Source: Eledone cirrhosa (lineage: Eukaryota). Taken from it: a stretch of 64,000 nucleotides of DNA. The DNA lies in NCBI GenBank assembly GCA_964016885.1, contig OZ024749.1, positions 16,802,001 to 16,866,000 on the forward strand, written 5' to 3'. Both the position numbers and the translations under genes were made by a program. The notes beneath the pieces were generated by a model. It searched no databases. It was not told the DNA's origin and saw nothing but the letters and a program-made list of their open reading frames with translations. Positions within the stretch are counted from its first letter, which is position 1. Every line of letters begins with the position of its first letter. This document shows positions 1-13,765 of the stretch, piece by piece.

Positions 1-14
1 TCTATAAGCTCCCT

Positions 15-346
<332 letters not shown>

Positions 347-3300
347 AAATATGTAGTTTAGAAAGCCACAACAATGCAGATGGGAAATCTCGAGGTAGGA
401 AGTGAGTAAGAAATAGGAGAAAAGTGAAAAATGAGAGAAACGAAAACAAAACAAAGGTAGAAGGATTACCGTAGTGGAGATTTAATCCCAATATTTCGGG
501 CTCACGCCCATCAACGGGGGGGGGGGGGGGGAGTTCCAAAAGGGGGGAACAGGCTAAGCCGGAGAAAGTTGTTGTATTGTCGTTAAAACATAGGAATGCC
601 GTTATGGGGAAAATTCAAACGAGGGAAAGAGTGCGCGTGATAGGCTGTGGGTTAGATCAATAGGGTGCGCTAGCGCGTGAAAGCCGTAAAATATGTGTGT
701 GTAAATATATATGTGTGTGTAACTGTGTGTGTATATGTGTATGTGTGTATGTATGTGAGTGTGTGTGTGTGAAAGATAGTAGGCCGTAGAAGCTGGAATT
801 CAAAGGGTGTGAAAGGTGGTAGGTTGTATAAACATGTGTGCGTGTATAAATATAGATGTGTGTGTGTGTGTGTGTATGTGTATGGGTATACATATAAGTG
901 CGTGTGTGTGAAAGATAGTAGGCCGTAGGGGCTGTTACTGGTCACTATGTTTAGATTAGCCATGTCAGTTCATTTCTCTCAGCCCGGTTGTTAAGTGGGG
1001 GTCTGAGGTTCTTAATAACAAGTGCTTCCTTTATCCTTAAGGATCTGATGCTGCGTTCAGTCGCTAGGACTGTGGCCAAGGGTCTGCTCTGTGGGTTTCC
1101 GCATTTAAGGATGTGTTTACGGAAGGAAGATGCGTTGGTGTTGACATGTTCCTTGATACGAACATGTAGAGGTCGGATGGTGCTACCTATGTAAAACTTG
1201 TTACATTTATCGCATTGAATCTTATATACGACATAAGTGCGTAGGCAATCTGCCCCCCCCCCCCCCCGTATCGGGCAGTTGCTGAGGGAACACGTCCCAT
1301 CTGACTCGTCGGGTTTGGTGGAGAGGCATCTTCGGAGCGAAGGTCCTGTATGGGCCAAATGTATATCAAGTCCCTCCCTCCGTATGGCCCTGCGGATGGC
1401 GTTCGTGGTATATTCACTCAGGTGAGGGATTTTAAAGAAGCACTTATCTAAGTTTCTAGTGGGTGTCTGTCTATTGGGTCTGGGGTCTCTAATTCCGTTA
1501 ATCAGTCGCTTGGGATATCCATTAGACTTGAGTAGATTACGGAATTGCGTGGTATGGGTGAGACCACCCATCGGGTCGCTGCATCTATTAGTGATCCGTA
1601 TAAGTTCATTTAGGACATAGCCTCTCTTAGCGTTGTTGGGGAGGGCTGAGTTATAATGCACAAATAAGTCCTTGCACGCTGCCTTGCGGTAGAAGGTGGT
1701 GTTTATGTCTCCTTCTTCCGAGATGTTGATACGAAGTTGAGGAGGGCGAGTGACCCGTGTTTTTCAGGGTGTTCGATGGTGAAATCGACGTGATGGTCAG
1801 TGTCGTTAAAGATTTGGTGAATTTCATTCGTCATCTCCCGGGAATAAGTGAGTATCAGTATGTCATCAACGTATCTGGAGTAGAAGGCAACGGTGTTGGG
1901 TTGGCAGGTGTTGAGTGCCTTGCGTTCCAGGTGGTCCATGTACGAGATCGCAAGTATGCCGGACAGACTAGAGCCCAAAGGTAGCCCAGAGATCTGTTTG
2001 TACGTGTGGCCGAGGAAATTAAAGAATGCATTATCCACAACGAAGGAGAGGAGTTGGTGGATGTCCGTGGGTGTGAGTCCGAAGTAGTGTAAGTTAGATG
2101 ATCGGACTCGTTTGGTTAACAGGTCGACGGCTGGGGATGCTGGTACGGAGGTATAAAGGGCGACCACATCAAGACTGAAGGCATATCCGTTGTCCTTTCT
2201 GGTGTTGGGCGCCAAATGGTGTAGTCGCTCCAAGACCTCCTTTGAGCTGCAGACGTGTGCTGGTAGTGTGTGTAGAATGGCTTTCAGTAGTGTGGAGAGC
2301 AGCCACGATATTTTGTAAAGTGGGCCCTCCACGCTAGAGACAATGGGCCTGATTTTCAAATCGGGTCCTTGTTTATGGGTTTTCACCAGGTGGTAGAAGG
2401 TGGGTAGTTTGCTGTTTCTAGTCGTTATGTTATTTTTTACCTTCTTTGGCAGTTGTCGTTGGACACAGATGTTAGTCCATATGGTGTTAATGCCTTCCTC
2501 GATTAGAGTCGAGGAGGTCCCTGTGACTTTCGAGTAGAAGCTGTCGCCATTAAGATGTTGGAGAGCTAAGTTGTTGTAGGTCTCTCTCGAGATGACACAG
2601 AATTCTTTCCCCTTGTCAGAGGGAAGGTAAACAAGGTTCATGGATCTTAGGTTGGTGAGAGTGTTAAATTGTGCATTGGTGAGGTTGCGTTTATTGTGTG
2701 TGTGTGTGTGTTGGGAAAGGATGTTAGAGATAGAATGTTTCAACCTGAGTAGTTTAGTGTCAAGTTCGTGGTTGGTGGGTGGGGGTGGAGTGGGTTGTCG
2801 AGGTGGTACGTGGGGAGTGTGGGGTTGGTTGTGGGGTTGTAATCGATCTCGGTCTTGTTTTGGATGGTGGTTAGCCATTTTAGTTGATACGCTGTCCGAC
2901 AGAAGTTGGTTTCAATGTCGAGTTTCAGTCTATCATCGAGACGCTGTGTGATGATGAACTTGGGTCCGAGGCGCAGGAGTTCGAGTTCGTCGTTGGTGAG
3001 GGTACCGGTTAGGTCGGTAACGAGGTGTGACGCATCGTTGGTAGGTAGATCGCTGTTGGGGGGTGTAGCGGAGGGTGTTGTATCGCTGTTGCCCCTGGTG
3101 TGGTTGTAGTCGGTCCGTCTGTGGGAGCGGATGTTGTCATTGTAGTATTTGTTTACAGTCCATTCGTATTTCCGTATAAGGCGCTGTTTATCGTATTTGA
3201 CTCTGGTGCGGTAACACTGATCGATAGCTTCACGTATTTTCTGGACCTGGTGGTCAGGGGTGAGGGTTGGAGCTATACGATCTATGTGCTCGGAGAGCGT

Positions 3301-3596
3301 TTGTATATGGAGTCGCAGTTGATGGGGGTTATGTCGTAGTATTTTTTGATACACGTGCGTTGAATGTGGCGGATGGTGTTTTCGAAGGATGGTAATCGTA
3401 AACATTCGGGTAGATGTATATTCCTGATGGTGGTTGGAATGATGTTGTTCTTTAGGCAGCGTTTTAAGAAGGTAATTTGGCAACCGAGTTTGGCACGATT
3501 CTCCGATAGTCTGAATAGGTCCCTTATGGGTGCAAACAAGTCCTGGCTCAGGTGTAATGATAAGAGGGTGTTAAAGTTTGCTTGAAGCATTGTGAA
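347..3596 (-). mobile_element. Penelope-like retroelement, near-complete coding region with frameshifts (N-terminal domain, RT, GIY-YIG endonuclease) plus 3' pLTR
   Basis: ORF pieces 3282-3590 (FLKRC..IIP), 2740-3483, 1703-2878 (KTHK..RPIVS, DVVALY, GLPLGS, YVDD) and 951-1661 (VVYKIQCDKC..YIGST..RIKEH); (TA)n on both sides. Confidence 0.92.
487..520 (-). ncRNA. Minimal type I hammerhead-like motif, degenerate core
   Basis: Minus strand ccc-CCGTTGA-t-GGGC gtga GCCC-GAAA-TA-TT-ggg; two core deviations from CUGANGA. Confidence 0.5.
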
Positions 3597-3797
3597 ATAT
3601 ATATATATATATACATATATACATATATATACATATATATATATACATTATACATATATATATATATACATATATATATACATATATAAATATATATATA
3701 TACATATATATATATATGCATATATACATATATATATATACATATATATATATACATATATACATATATATATACATATATACATATATATATATAC

Positions 3798-3850
<53 letters not shown>

Positions 3851-3861
3851 CATATATATAC

Positions 3862-3910
<49 letters not shown>

Positions 3911-4005
3911 TATATATATACCTATATATATACATATATATATACATATATATATATACATATATATATATACATAAATATATACATATATACATATATA
4001 TATAC

Positions 4006-4036
<31 letters not shown>

Positions 4037-4037
4037 C

Positions 4038-4086
<49 letters not shown>

Positions 4087-4321
4087 CATATATATATGTA
4101 TATATATACATATATATATGTATATATATATATAAATATATATATATACATATATACATATATTGTTATACTTTGGGAGGGTCATGTTGCCAATAAGAAA
4201 CACACGCACCAGTTGCTTTCATTTCAATTTATTATAATAAATTTATAAATTTAGGAATTTATAAATTTATAAATTTCTGGTTGGTTGGTTGGTTCCACAA
4301 CCAGATAGTTGTTTATATATT

Positions 4322-4364
4322 GTTAAAGTTCTTTCGTCACACATTCTGTGACCTCTTCAGTGAC
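4322..4364 (-). ncRNA. Type I hammerhead ribozyme in pLTR (mirror of 7098-7140, one stem I mismatch)
   Basis: gtca-CTGAAGA-g-GTCACA gaatg TGTGAC-GAAA-gaac-TT-taac. Confidence 0.75.
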
Positions 4365-7097
4365 TGGGGATTCTTTTCTTTGTTTTTGTGCCTCTCCTTT
4401 GATCTGTCGTACGCCATTTTGTTTCTGTGTGTGTGTTGTGTGCTCAGTCTGCGCATGCGCCACATCCGGCTGTCTGTGTGTGTTTATATTCGTTTATTTA
4501 TTTGTTTATTTACATGTTAATTGTAAGTTGTGATGTTGCTGTTCCACTCATATTTTCTATTTAATTTTGGTTGTAATTCTTTTATGTTTATTGCCTCTGT
4601 GATTTGTCTAAACATTGCGTCTTTTCTGTGTGTAGATTCTATTTTTATTTCTATGTTCTCTAATTTACCCTTATGTTCTATTTTAGCATATTGGTAGAGT
4701 ACAGATGATTCTTTACTATCTTGAAGGTCTCGCCAGTGTTCATTTATCCGTTCCCTTACACTACGAGCTGTCTCACATATGTACACTATATTTTTGTCTC
4801 TACATTGTCCTTCATTACATCTTATGCTATACACTACATTTCTAGTTTTACAGTTAATATGGGGGCTTATTTTACAGGTTATACATTTCTTATCTATACA
4901 GGGGTCTTTGAAAAGGGTATGTCTTGCTAATAAGTGTTTTTACGGAGGTACCTGGTCTTTCTACTATCTTAATATTGAGTTTATGTTTATCTAGGCCCTT
5001 CTAAATTTGTAAGCTAATTCACCTCTAGGGGTTGTATCGATGAACATTACACTCTGGTATTTATTGCTATCATACCATGAGTTTATTCTATTAGCCTTAT
5101 TCCTAGTTCTTTCTATTCTATTCCAAAATTTGCTCCTATACAAAGGGCAGGTCTCATTTGTGTCATTATTTACCATTTTTTCCCATTTGGTTCTGGCTCC
5201 TCTATACACTCTGATTTTATCTCTCTGATTGTAACCAGAGAACTGCATGCGGTGGATGAAGTATTGTATGTGTCTCTCTAGTTCTTCGGGGTTGCACATG
5301 CGGGACACGTTTCTCATCACCCGTATCATCAAATCCGCAATCAGTATGTTGATTTTGGTATGGTCCGAAACAGCTGAGTTTCGGTGGATCAGATGTTTGG
5401 AAGTCATGGGTTTGGTATAATGGGAATGGAGGATTTGTTTTTTGTTATTAATGATATCTAACCAGAGCTCTGTGTCTAGTACAGGTAATCGATGGTTGGG
5501 GTGTTTACCTGGGTAGTCTATAGTAACTCTAATACTCTGGTGGATGGAGTTAGCTATTTGCTGGCTGCTTTCCATTGTGTTTTTCTCTAATTCCTGACTG
5601 TTCTCTAGTGGGGGTGTTTTAACTACGATGTTTATATCATCAACGTAGCGGGAGTACATTATCAGGGTTAAGGGGTCTTCTAATTGTTCTTTAAGTTTAA
5701 GTTTAAGTCTACTGTCCCACCATACCATGAATAAGTTAGCTATGTCGCCTGCAATGCTAACACCAATGACTGCTCCTTCCTCTTGGGCATATGTTTTTCC
5801 ATTAAATTTGAACATATGTTCCTTAAGGGTTAGTTTTATGCTGGCCCCTACCGCATGTGCAATCATTTTCTTCAGTTCATCGTGGTTTTCGGGTGTCTTT
5901 ATGGCTCTGGTCCACCCGTTCCATCTAACTGTGGGTTTTCTTGGCCATTGAGGTAATGGTAGGTGGTCTGCCTCTTGCTGGTCTTGTAGGGCACAGGTTG
6001 TTAAGGTCATATGTGTCTAGGTAATTATTACACATATGACCTTAGCAACCTGTGCCCTACAAGACCAGCAAGAGGCAGACCACCTACCATTACCTCAATG
6101 GCCAAGAAAACCCACACAGATAGATGGAACGGGTGGACCAGAGCCATACGGACACCTGAAAACCACGATGAACTGAAGAAAATGATTGAACATGCGGTAG
6201 GGGCCAGCATAAAACTAACCCTTAAGGAACATATGTTCAAATTTAATGGAAAAACATATGCCCAAGAGGATGGAGCAGCCATTGGTGTTAGCATTGCAGG
6301 TGACATAGCTAACTTATTCATGGTATGGTGTGACAGTAGACTCAAACTTAAACTTAAAGAACAATTAGAAGACTCCTTAACCCTTGAGGTGAATTAGCTT
6401 ACAAATTTAGAAGGGCCCTAGATAAACATAAACTCAATATTAAGATAGTAGAAAGACCAGGTACCTCCGTAAAAACACTTATTAGCAAGACATACCCTTT
6501 TCAAAGACCCCCCTATATAGATAAGAAATGTATAACATGTAAAATAAGCCCCCATATTAACTGTAAAACTAGAAATGTAGTGTATAGCATAAGATGTACT
6601 GAAGGACAATGTAGAGACAAAAATATAGTGTACATAGGTGAGACAGCTCGTAGTGTAAGGAACGGATAAATGAACACTGGCGAGACCTTCAAGATAGTAA
6701 AGAATCATCTGTACTCTACCAACATGCTAAAATAGAACATAAGGGTAAATTAGAGAACATAGAAATAAAAATAGAATCTACACACAGAAAAGACGCAATG
6801 TTTAGACAAATCACAGAGGCAATAAACATAAAAGAATTACAACCAAAATTAAATAGAAAATATGAGTGGAACAGCAACATCACAACTTACAATTAAGGAC
6901 AAAATGAAAACACACACACACATAGAACAAACAACCAACCGGTAACATGTAAATAAACAAATAAATAAACGAATATAAACACACACAGACACCCGGATGT
7001 GGCGCATGCGCAGACTGAGCACACAACACACACACAGAAACAAAATGGCGTAGGGCAGAACAAAGGAGAGGCACAAAAACAAAGAAAAGAATCCCCA

Positions 7098-7140
7098 GTC
7101 ACTGAAGAGGTCACAGAATGTGTGACGAAAGAACTTTGAC
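7098..7140 (+). ncRNA. Type I hammerhead ribozyme in pLTR
   Basis: Stem I gtca/tgac, core CTGAAGA, 6-bp stem II, GAAA, minimal stem III, CTT site. Confidence 0.8.
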
Positions 7141-7413
7141 AATATATAAACAACTATCTGGTTGTGGAACCAACCAACCAACCAGAAATTTATAAATTCC
7201 TAAATTTATAAATTTATTATAATAAATTGAAGTGAAAGCAACTGGTGCGTATGTTTCTTATTGGCAACATGACCCTCCCAAAGTATGACAATATCGGTTT
7301 CAACACACGATTTCAGATAAAGAATCTTGCTAAACAAATTCACAAACGAAATATATATATATATATATATACATATATAAATGTATATATATATATATAT
7401 ATAAATACATATA

Positions 7414-7601
<188 letters not shown>

Positions 7602-7790
7602 GATAAATATACCAAAAGTTTACGGTAGTGTCCAATCCGTATGAAGAACTCAATGTAATCCGGATAGCATGAAAAGAGAAGATGCATTCAAAAACTACTT
7701 TCGGTGAAAAATAAACGGAAAACAGAGTCAAGATAAATTAATAAAATAATGAATAAACAAAGAAATAGTTCCTTATATTAAGAAAAATTC

Positions 7791-7928
7791 ATCATTTTAT
7801 GATCGTTTCTAGGATATATATGTGTTAGAGTTGGTATGCATATTCTATAGATCTATGTACAATATTTTCACAAACTATCAGAGGGAATATACATACCTAC
7901 ACATATATATGCTGTCTTCAGAAATAAT
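7791..7928 (-). ncRNA. Long-stem-II hammerhead (mirror of 13014-13151, ATA site)
   Basis: Reverse complement of the 13014-13151 motif with few substitutions. Confidence 0.65.
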
Positions 7929-8639
7929 GATATTTGTTTATTGAAAAAAACAAAGATTCAATACAATAGGTCTGTTTGGGAACAGGTTTTGAATTGACCA
8001 ATAGAGAGATAGTGAGGGTCAAGATAGTAATATAGTAGTAGAAGAACCTTAAATTATGGGTAGAGGAAGGTAGATTTCAGTTTTGGATGGAAAAGAGTAT
8101 TATGAATGAAGGATTATTTTAGGGAAGAAAATAGGTCGTATGCTGACCTCAGAAATAATTTTATTTGTTCATTGAATAAAACCAACAAAGATCTAATATA
8201 TTCTGTCTGTTTGGTAAGAGGTTTAGAATTAACCAATAGAAAGTTAATAATTGGCCAAATGGTAAAATAGTAGTAATTGAAGCTTATTTTAGGGGTGAAA
8301 ATAGGTCAGGTCAGTAAAAGGTATACAAGCAGTTGTTGTTATAAAATAGTAATGCCAATGCAAATATCTAAGAAGACTAAAGTTTTACGATAAGAGTGTT
8401 AGTGAAAAAAATACATCTATGAAAAGAATATAAATTAATTTAATTGATGTGTATATTTATATTGATAAAATTATACTAATACATATAGATATGATAAATA
8501 AGAGTTAGATGCAGTTGAAAAGTGCTGTTAAAGATGAGGGGAAATTAAAAGAATATAAAAATAATATATATATATATATACACACACATATATATATATA
8601 TATACACATACACATTTACACACATATATATATACACAT

Positions 8640-8691
<52 letters not shown>

Positions 8692-11600
8692 GCATATATA
8701 TATACATACATATATATATACACACACATACACACTTACATATACATATAATTATTGGGGGGGGAGGTTAAATTTATTAGTGAGAAATAATAAATATATA
8801 TAGATTTCAAGGAACATAGATTCATAACCTGAAGTTAAAGCATTATATGGTATCAGTTTTAGGAAATGATAGTTGTAAGAAGGAAAGTAAAATTATGTAG
8901 TTCTTCAGTCGTAGAATATTAATTATAGGTTAACTAAATTAAAAACAGTTTATATATTAAATTCTAAAGTGTATATTAATTAGGTTTATAATATTTAAAG
9001 GTTTTTCTCAGTTTATGATTACACGATATTATTAATTCCTGTCGCTTATTTAATAGGATATCCTTAGATTTCATTATTTCAAAAAGTTCCTGGGAACATA
9101 ATCTACATTCATATCTACTATTTTGATAAGGGGTGGCCCTTTTGAGCACACTCCAGGTCAGGTCATAATCTATATTCCTCTTTCTATAACTATTAATTAT
9201 TTCAGCTAGAGATGTTGTATTCGCTAGTGCGGCATTTTTAAAACTATGTTTGTGGGTATTAAATCTTACCTTAAATTTGTTAGAGGTAGCTCCTATATAT
9301 GAATAAATTGAGTCCTTAGTGTTAACTTTACATTTATATACTATGTTATTAACAAGGCAATTTCCTTTTAATGGACAGTTTGCCTTGTTTCTACAGTTGC
9401 AACTTTTCGTGAATGCTGTATCTGAGGAGATATGGTTAGTTTGATGTACTGGTGGTATACTCATGTTTTTTTTTACATTTATATGCATTATAGGCACTTA
9501 TATTTTGTTTTGTGTTTTTGGTTGTTGAGTAGGAGAATTTAACCGTTGATCAATTTAAAATTTGATGGTATTTGTGGTTTGGCGGGAAGTTTTTCTCTAG
9601 GATATTAAAGAATTTTTTAGGTATATTATCCTTAATTTGTAAATTAAATGGAGCATTATACCAAGTAACTCGTCTATTACGGTTTCGATGTTGTTTATTG
9701 TTTTTATAGGATGCATCCTGATGTTTATTAAGAGAATTATTGTTAATGACCTCACCACACACACTTTTAGTTAGATTTATTGATTTAGGTGTTTTAGCTT
9801 GTTTATTAGGAGTTTTATTATTAACATTTATTAGAGTTGTATGATGAGTAGTTTTTTGAGAGTTACTATACTGTATATTAGAAGAGTTAGAGAAATTTGG
9901 TTTTATGTTGGTGTTTTGGGGTATAGTGTGAGTGGCATTTAGGTGTGTATGTTTCATTTGGTGTTTGTTGGTAATATTAGGTTGTATGTTTTTATTGTTA
10001 TTGGTAGAAGGTATATATACTAATTTATTTTTGTGGCCACTTCTAGCTAGAGCTTCGTTATAAAAGGTCGCATTTTTATCAAATACATCTTGGTTAGACG
10101 AAAGGTTAGAAATTCTAAGTGATATATTATATGCGAGGTTTTTAAGGATAGATTTAGGGTGATTAGATTGTGAGTGTATGTAGTGTAAATTTTGGCTGGG
10201 TTTATGGTAAGGTTGGTAGATACCCGTAGATAAGTCTAATGTTATATCTAGGAAATTAACTACTTTACTTGTGTTTTCAAATGTAATATCTAGACTATAA
10301 TAGTCTTTAAGGAAAGTTCTAATAAGCTTTTTATTTTTTTCTATCTCTGAGAGGCTAAGGTTATTGGAAAGAAGAAGACAGTCGTCACGATATAAACCAC
10401 CTTTAAGGTGGGGAAAGGAAGCATTTATGTTAAAAAGAAGAAAGAGGCCCACAAGATCAGTAATTTGGGCAGAATCGCTTGAGCCCATAGTAATATCGAA
10501 TAGATTACTATATGTGTTTCTGGTCCAGTATTCATTCTGAAATTCAAATAGTGTTAGTCTAGCATGTGTAATAATATTAATGTCATCCAAAGTTAAGTTA
10601 GATCTACTTTTACCAAATATCAAGGCTTTGTTCAGGAGTATAGGTGATATAGAAGAATAATAATTATCTATATCAAATTGTAGAAATGAAGCAGAGGATT
10701 TATTTCTAATATTATTAAACCAGTTAATTACCTGGGATGTGTTTTCCCAGAGTGGTAAATTAACATGTTTTCTTAGTTGTGGGATGACTCTATCTAAAAT
10801 TTTTTTACTAATTATTCCAATATCAGATTTGGAAGGGCATATAAGCCTTATAGAAGGATTAGAGTTAAAGGTAGATTTATGATCTTTCAGGTTGAAGTGT
10901 GGTCTTTTCAATGCCAAAGGTTCAGTTCTATCTTCAATATTAAGTCTATTCACTATGCTGTGTGTTTTGTTGTTGATGTTGGTAAGTGACGCATTGTTTG
11001 TTTTTCTATAATTTTTCCTGAGTTCTTTATATATGAACTCATTGTAATTTTCAATGTCCATGTGATATAGATTTCCAGTTTTGTCCACTCGGAAAAAAAC
11101 TACTCATCATACAACTCTAATAAATGTTAATAATAAAACTCCTAATAAACAAGCTAAAACACCTAAATCAATAAATCTAACTAAAAATGTGTGGAGAGGT
11201 CATTAACAATAATTCTCTTAATAAACATCAGGATGCATCCTATAAAAACAATAAACAACATAGAAACCGTAATAGATGAGTTACTTGGTATAATGCTCCA
11301 TTTAATTTACAAATTAAGGATAATATACCTAAAAAATTCTTTAATATCCTAGAGAAAAACTTCCCGCCAAACCACAAATACCATCAAATTTTAAATTGAT
11401 CAACGGTTAAATTCTCCTACTCAACAACCAAAAACATAAAACAAAATATAAGTGCCTATAATGCATATAAATGTAAAAAAACCATGAGTATACCACCAGT
11501 ACATCAAACTAACCATAATATCTCCTCAGATACAGCATTCACGAAAAGTTGCAACTGTAGAAACAAGGCAAACTGTCCATTAAAAGGAAATTGCCTTGTT

Positions 11601-13013
11601 AATAACATAGTATATAAATGTAAAGTTAACACTAAGGACTCAATTTATTCATATATAGGAGCTATCTCTAACAAATTTAAGGTAAGATTTAATACCCACA
11701 AACATAGTTTTAAAAATGCCGCACTAGCGAATACAACATCTCTAGCTGAAATAATTAATAGTTATAGAAAGAGGAATATAGATTATGACCTGACCTGGAG
11801 TGTGCTCAAAAGGGCCACCCCTTATCAAAATAGTAGATATGAATGTAGATTATGTTCCCAGGAACTTTTTGAAATAATGAAATCTAAGGATATCCTATTA
11901 AATAAGCGACTGGAATTAATAATATCGTGTAATCATAAACTGAGAAAAACCTTTAAATATTATAAACCTAATTAATATACACTTTAGAATTTAATATATA
12001 AACTGTTTTTAATTTAGTTAACCTATAATTAATATTCTACGACTGATGAACTACATAATTTTACTTTCCTTCTTACAACTATCATTTCCTAAAACTGATA
12101 CCATTAAGTAAACATATATAATGCTTTAACTTCAGGTTATGAATCTATGTTCCTTGAAATCTATATATATTTATTATTTCTCACTAATAAATTTAACCTC
12201 CCCCCCAATAATTATATGTATATGTAAGTGTGTATGTGTGTGTATATATATATGTATGTATGTATATATGCGTGTATATATATATATATATGTGTGTGTA
12301 TGTGTATATATATATATGTGTGTAAATGTGTATGTGTATATATATATATATATATGTGTGTATATATATATATATTATTTTTATATTCTTTTAATTTCCC
12401 CTCATCTTTAACAGCACTTTTCAACTGCATCTAACTCTTATTTATCATATCTATATGTATTAGTATAATTTTATCAATATAAATATACCCATCGATTAAA
12501 TTAATTTATATTCTTTTCATAGATGTATTTTTTTCACTAACACTCTTATCGTAAAACTGTAGTCTCCTTAGATATTTGCATTGGCATTACTATTTTATAA
12601 CAGCAACCGCCTGTATACCTTTTACTGACCACCTGACCTAGTTTCACCCCTAAAATAAGCTTCAATTACTACTATTTTACCATTTGGCCAATTATTAACT
12701 TTCTATTGGTTAATTCTAAACCTCTTACCAAACAGACAGAATATATAAGATCTTTGTTGGTTTTATTCAATGAACAAATAAAATTATTTCTGAGGTCAGC
12801 ATGCGACCTATTTTCTTCCCTAAAATAATCCTTCATTCATAATATTCTTTTCCATCCAAAACTGAAATCTACCTTCCTCTACCCATAATTTAAGGTTCTT
12901 CTACTACTATATTACTATCTTGACCCTCACTATCTCTCTATTGGTCAATTCAAAACCTGTTCCCAAACAGACCTATTGTATTGAATCTTTGTTTTTTTCA
13001 ATAAACAAATATC

Positions 13014-13151
13014 ATTATTTCTGAAGACAGCATATATATGTGTAGGTATGTATATTCCCTCTGATAGTTTGTATAAATATTGTACATAGATCTATAGAAT
13101 ATGCATACCAACTCTAACACATATATATCCTAGAAACGATCGTAAAATGAT
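13014..13151 (+). ncRNA. Type I hammerhead with ~105-nt stem II
   Basis: attattt-CTGAAGA-[atatatatgtgt/acacatatatat; ggtatgtatattc/gaatatgcatacc]-GAAA-CGATCG-TA-aaatgat. Confidence 0.75.
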
Positions 13152-13203
13152 GATTTTTTTAATATAAGGAACTGTTTCTTTGTTTATTCATTATTTTATT
13201 AAT

Positions 13204-13247
<44 letters not shown>

Positions 13248-13252
13248 TTATA

Positions 13253-13283
<31 letters not shown>

Positions 13284-13316
13284 TTATATATATATATATA
13301 TATATACATATTTATA

Positions 13317-13347
<31 letters not shown>

Positions 13348-13396
13348 GTATATATATATATATATATACATATATATATCTATATATATACATATA

Positions 13397-13480
<84 letters not shown>

Positions 13481-13604
13481 TATATGCATATATATATATA
13501 TATATATACATATATATATGTATATATATATATATACATATATATATGTATATATATATATATACATATATATATGTATATATATATATATACATATATA
13601 TATG

Positions 13605-13653
<49 letters not shown>

Positions 13654-13765
13654 GTATATATATATATATATGTATATATATACATATATATTTGTACATA
13701 TATATATATACATATATATATATGTACATATATATATATACATATACATGTATATATATGTACAT

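Larger units (their letters stand above)
4161..7351. mobile_element. 5'-truncated Neptune-like PLE (minus, 4161-6020) with an inverted, internally deleted second arm (plus, 6034-7351)
   Basis: ORF 4991-6010 (GVSIAGDIANLFM, YVDD) and 4517-4834 (GIY-YIG); fold-back centre at 6021-6033; both ends run into (TA)n. Confidence 0.9.
7605..13206. mobile_element. 5'-truncated PLE (minus, 7605-11088) with a ~2.1-kb inverted copy of its 3' part (plus, ~11092-13206)
   Basis: ORF 9550-11088 (KDHK..RLI, ITMGS, YRDD); GIY-YIG ORFs 8976-9497 and 11484-11975 (CNCR..CPL.GNCL, IVYKC..YIGA). Confidence 0.92.

Noticed and set aside
12043-12049. CTGATGA here (mirror CTGAAGA ~8902) and minus-strand CTGATGA ~15737
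   Set aside because: No properly paired stem II followed by GAAA and a cleavage triplet
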